Source of the DNA: Hyaloraphidium curvatum SAG 235-1
Taxonomy: Eukaryota; Fungi; Monoblepharomycota
Direction of reading: 5' to 3'
Length of the DNA: 64,000 nucleotides
Assembly: GCA_025558095.1 (NCBI GenBank)
Contig: JAIVFI010000029.1
Span: 372,001 to 436,000, forward strand
Part shown: piece by piece, positions 59,271 to 64,000 of the stretch
Layout: the number at the start of each line of letters is the position of its first letter
Position numbering within the stretch: position 1 is the stretch's first letter
The notes under the pieces: generated by a model
Seen by the model: only the letters and a program-made list of their open reading frames with translations
Told to the model about the DNA's origin: nothing
Databases searched by the model: none
Translations under genes and position numbers: made by a program

Positions 59271-60928
59271 ATGCGGCCGCGCGACCTCGGCGGCACGCTG
59301 CTGCTGCTCGCGGCGGGCGCCGTCTGCGCGTCGGCCGGGCTGTCTGCCGCGGTGCGCGAGGCCGTCAACGCACACCGGCAGGCCATCGGCATGCCGCGGC
59401 TCTGCGCGTCGTCCGGCGCGCGCGCCTTCCCGCGCGGCCCCGACGGCGAGCGCATCGAGGTGCTGCGGACATGGCAGACGTGGTCGCGCATAGACGTGCG
59501 CCTCGCCGGGATCGGTGCTTCAGAGATCGGCGCTGCCGCAGGGGGCGTCGCCGGAGCCGTCCTGGCCTCGTGCCTCGCAAACTTCTGTGGGCCTTTCTCC
59601 GCTGCCGCTGCCGCTCTCGACGGAATCTCATTCTTGCTTTCATGGCAGCCACCGCTCTCCCTCTGACCGCCCCGATCCTGACCCACATTCATGTGACGCC
59701 CCTCTCGTCCTCCCTTGACTTTGCGATCGAGCTCGGCGAGCCGGCACCCTGGGAGAGCATCCCCTGCGGTCCCTCCGTCGAGGAGCTCGCTCCGGAGGAG
59801 CAGCCTGCTGCAGCTCCCGAGGGCCTGGTGGTGCGCGTCGGCGGCGGCGGACTGGGCCTGTTCCGGAAGGAGGCCGAGCAGTCGATGCGGCTTCCTCCCG
59901 AAGGATCCGGGCAGGGCCGAGGGCCGCTCTCGAAGACGACGGCGGCGATGGTCGCCAGTCGGACACCTCCGGTCGGATTGCCGTCTTTCACGTCGTCGGC
60001 AACCGCCACTCGGAGTTCTTCGTCGAGTTCCTATTGGACGAAAGCTTCTAGCAGTTCCGCCAGCCGGACGGCCTCTACCGCTGCGTCGTGGACCGTGCCG
60101 GCCAGCACGTCATCTTCTACTTCCTTGGCGGTTTCCCTGCTGATCGCCACCTCCTCGAGTTCGTGTTCGCGGTCCTCAGCAGAGGCATCTCGGACACATC
60201 ACACCTCGCTCCCTTCATCATCTTCTTCGTCGGACATTTCTTCGTCGACTTCGCTTGAATCCTCGACCACCTGCACAATTGCTTCATCGTGGACATCTTC
60301 GAGCACAGCTTCCCCTTCGTCCTCCTCCGCGACCACCCCCCCGACTTCCTCCTCTTCCTCCTCTTCGTCCTCCCTCCATCCCACCTCGACCTCCGCGACG
60401 TCATCCTCCCCTGCCCCCGGGCACCTCGGATCCCCCAGCCGGACGGCCGCGATCACCTCCACGGGTGAGCCCCCGCCCGCGAGCCCCGCCCGATCCGAGT
60501 CACCGACCCCGTCCTCGAGACCCGGGATGACGATCCTGGCCACGGCGCCGTCGCCGACATCCACCGTTCGCCGCGAGAGCTCGACGACGACGGGGCCGAT
60601 CGCGGGCCTGACGAGCTCGGCATCCAGCACGGCTCGAACATCCTCGTCGACAATCCGCACGGCGACGACCACCACCTGGACCGCGAGCCCGACATCGACC
60701 TCGAGCGCCACGAGCACGGTCGTGACCTCCACCGCCCCCGCGAGGACCATCACGCCCTCGCCATCTACAGCCCTGCAACCGGCGTTCCCCGCGACCCGCT
60801 CGGGGCCAGCGGTCACCCCGCTGGGCCGCCGGGGGAGCTTCTTCGTGGCGGCGGAGGAGGAGCCATGTGCGCTGGTGGCGGATCGGGGAGGGGAGGCGGG
60901 GACATCATGGGAGCAGGAGGAAGTCTGA
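59271..60928 (+). CDS. Secreted Ser/Thr-rich protein; exon structure unresolved
   Basis: Signal peptide (LLLLAAGAVCASA), VNAHRQAIGMPRL, long S/T-rich tract. Confidence 0.45.
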
Positions 60929-61394
60929 TTGTCCGATCGTCGAGGCGCAAAAGGTGCATGCACTTTCCGACACTGGTGTCGGGCATCAACGAATAAAGGC
61001 TAGCCACGAATGAAGTGTATCTTGGCACGCCGACAGTCTACAGAGCCACTAGTTGTTGGCAAGTTTCCGCTGGCCGATTTGCGAACGCGCTACTCCCGCC
61101 TGAGCCGCCGATACCCCGGTCGACCTAGAACTCCGCAATGATCCAAGCTTGGCGGACTTCGCAACATCGGACGAAGACCCTGGGAGGTCAGGGGCCCAAT
61201 CGTCCGTGCATAGCGATAGTGTTGTTGACGTATCCATCGCGCCGCCTCACACCTCCGCTTGCTAGCTCCCAGTTATGCTCGAAATGAAGGCTGGAGATTC
61301 TTGAACCACCATGCAAGACCGAAACCACGACGCGATTGGAGCCCTTAGGCTGTGGACGCCCTGCACCCCACAGATCCTCGCTGACCGCAGCTCA

Positions 61395-63066
61395 TCACCC
61401 CGGGCACACGGTCTCCAGCGTCGCCGCGACACCGAACCCCCTAAGCAACCCCCAAGCCGCAAATGCGACCGTGGCCAGAGACACCAGCAGACCCCTAAAG
61501 GAGCCGAACCCCACCGCGACGCCGAGGAAACGGCGCCTCGCGTCGTGGGTTTCGCCAGCGTAGAGCTCCAGCGCAGCCGCGTGGGCTGCCAGGTGCTGCA
61601 GCAGGATGCCGTCTGGTGCGACCGAGGATGGGAGTGTGGCGGCAACGAGGAGGTTCCGGGTCTCGACGAGCGCCGAGGAGTACAATTCGCCGAGGGAGGC
61701 GATCTCGGAGTTGGCGACGGCGGTGTGCCAAAGGTCGCGGAGGAGGTGATAGACGAAGAGCGCAAGGGCGGCGAGCATCCACGCCGGGATGCAGGCGCCG
61801 ATGATCTGGGCGGGGGTGGGTAGCTAGGGCAAAGGTCAAGAGCGGCCAGATTGACCTACGACGCTGGCGGCTATCAGGAGGATCGCGAGGCCCAGAAAGA
61901 AGGGGTAGACAAGGGGGAGAGCGTTAGATTGGACGGCCTGCTGCCACCGCGGCCGGAGCTCAGCGTGGAGCTGCATGTACGGCTCCTCGGGCGAACCCCA
62001 CAGCTCCTGCGGGCTGACGAACGGATGCTCGGCGATGACGGCTCGACGTGCGCGGTCCATAAAGGCGGCCAGGGCGCGACGCACGAGCCGCCGGCGAACG
62101 CGGCCTTCCAGGCGTAGCATCGTGTTTTCCGGCGTCGGGTAGGCGAACGGGTCGAGCGCGAACAGCACAAACAGTATACCTGAAACGCAGCGCGGTGCCC
62201 GAAGGTCTCAGCGGCGCCGGCAACTTCGAAGCCCCGGCATCGTCCGTGAACTCACAGAAGCATATCCCGAGGAAGACGCTCCACGCGTGAGTCCAGACCT
62301 GCGGGAGGGAGAACAGCGGCGTCCACCCCAGGAAGATCCACAACGCCAGCCCGAGGGTCGCCCACACGGCCAACTCGGCCAAACTGTGGCGCAAAGCGTT
62401 GACAAGTAGAGCACCGGAGCACCGTGCTGCGGAACACGTGCACTCGACGTCGCCATCCACGTGTCCGAGGGAGGTTTCGGAGTCCCGCACACAGCGCGTC
62501 CAAGCCGGCAAGATGGAATACTCCGACAGCATAATCTCGTGAATGGCATTCCGCCATGGCCAGGGCCAGAAGTTCATCTTCAGAAAGATGCGCGCGGCCG
62601 TGGCCGTGGTCGGTAAGATGTGTGGGAAGTTACGCGTGCCGTTCACTATCTGGCCTGCGAACCACGTCGCGGGCCACGCGAAGCAGTACAACGCCACAAG
62701 CGCGTAGCCGCCAATGAGTTGGCGCGCCGCGAAAGTGCCGCCGCCGAAGGCGAGCGCGCACGCGCAGAAGGCCGCGAAGATGGCACAGGAAACGGAGCAG
62801 CGCACCAAAAGCGTCGCCGTATACCACCACAGGGTCAATCGCCATTTGGCGAGCGTGCGCAGGGCCGGGTACGGCGCCAGGGCAGCCATCAGCGCGTCCT
62901 CCTTGCACGGTGCGTCAACGGCTGGGTTCGATGGCCTGCCGCGGTCCCATGGGCCCGTTGGCGGCAGAGGGCGCGGGAACGCCGCAGCGAGGTCCTCGGG
63001 GCGAAAGAAGCCGGCCTTCTTGGTGGCTCCGTCGGCCACAGGGTCGGGCATCGGGACGGAATCCAT
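61395..63066 (-). CDS. Multi-pass membrane protein, multi-exon
   Basis: Hydrophobic segments across ORFs 61960-63207, 61836-62168 and 61395-61778, joined by plausible introns; CTCSAARC motif. Confidence 0.55.
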
Positions 63067-63347
63067 TCTTGCAAGAACTGGCTGACGACGGCCAGCCGCG
63101 TGGCTCCACCTTCGAGAAATCCGGGACGATCCGCCCTTGGAGTTCCTAGCGACATTGAACGAAGACGAACAAGTCTGACAGTCAATGTGTCGTTGCATCC
63201 ATCCCAATCAACCCCACGTTTTGTCTTCGGTGTGGCGCATCCTCATGGCGAAGAGCACCATCGGCGCGCGGTGCTCGAGGTGCGTTCGATCGAGTTTCTG
63301 GAACTTCACGCTACCGTCCCCCGCGTCCCACCTCCCTCCCTCCAGCG

Positions 63348-64000
63348 ATGGACGCGTTCTCCGCCCCGAAGATCGCGCGCACGCCCTCCGCCGACATCGA
63401 ATACTTCGACGTCGCGCTCCCCGGCGCGCCGACCGCCCCCCCGCTCGTCCTCCTCCACGGCTTCCCCGACCACGCCGCGTGCTGGAAACCGCTCTGCGCG
63501 CTGCTCCCCGCCGCCGGCCTGCCCTTCCCGCGCGCCGTCGTGCCCAATCTGCGCGGCACCGGCGGGTCCGTGCTCCGCGATGGGGTGCCGCGGTCGGGGC
63601 AGCAGGCCGCGCTGGCGTCGGACCTAATCGCCCTTATGGACGCCCTGGGCATCGACAAAGCCTACCTGTGCGGGATGGACTGGGGCGGCCGTGCGGCCTG
63701 TATCGTTGCCGCCGCCCGCCCGGAAAGGGTCGCGGGGCTGCTGACCATGGGCTCGGGGTACAACCTCCAGGCCGGCATCGCCAGATCGCCCGACGTCGGC
63801 GCCAACCCAGCCGCGTTCGACGTGGGGATGGAGAAGCGCTGGTGGTACCAGTACTTCCTGCACTCGGAGCGCGGGCGCAACGCGCTGCGCCATCCGGAGA
63901 CGAGGAGAAAGTTCTGCGGGGAGCTGTGGAGTTCCTGGTCGCCGAAGTGGCGGTTCTCCGCCGCCGATCTGGACGCGGCCAACGCGGCTTGGGGAAACCC
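63348..64000 (+). CDS. Epoxide hydrolase-like alpha/beta hydrolase (runs off the window)
   Basis: VLLHGFPD, PNLRGTG, GQQAALASDLIALMDALGI, GMDWGGRAAC, WWYQY. Confidence 0.85.
   Translation, partial: MDAFSAPKIARTPSADIEYFDVALPGAPTAPPLVLLHGFPDHAACWKPLCALLPAAGLPFPRAVVPNLRGTGGSVLRDGVPRSGQQAALASDLIALMDALGIDKAYLCGMDWGGRAACIVAAARPERVAGLLTMGSGYNLQAGIARSPDVGANPAAFDVGMEKRWWYQYFLHSERGRNALRHPETRRKFCGELWSSWSPKWRFSAADLDAANAAWGN

Overview
GC-rich, gene-dense eukaryotic DNA with short (about 50-100 nt) GT-AG introns. The gene content suggests a fungus, probably an early-diverging one (Monoblepharidomycetes-like); that assignment is inference. About 30 genes can be supported, including NOT4, TMEM135, FATP/Fat1, PNC1, malate synthase, BRAP2/ETP1, a run of glycosyl- and methyltransferase genes, and several intron-poor bacterial-looking enzymes. 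The main finding is a selenoprotein candidate that the ORF track splits apart. A PRXL2C/AAED1-like (AhpC-TSA) gene on the minus strand has an in-frame TGA at the first Cys of its redox motif (RNLL-U-YV-C). A canonical type II SECIS lies just after its true stop codon. Other notable items are an unexplained intergenic element of about 630 nt packed with hairpins (47426-48053), an accessory island (about 24.9-36.4 kb) with inverted paralogous modules and two ~150-bp tandem arrays, a Tudor-like+Vint(Hint) protein, and a decayed Helitron fragment. Exon boundaries were read by eye and family calls come from motif recognition, not database searches.
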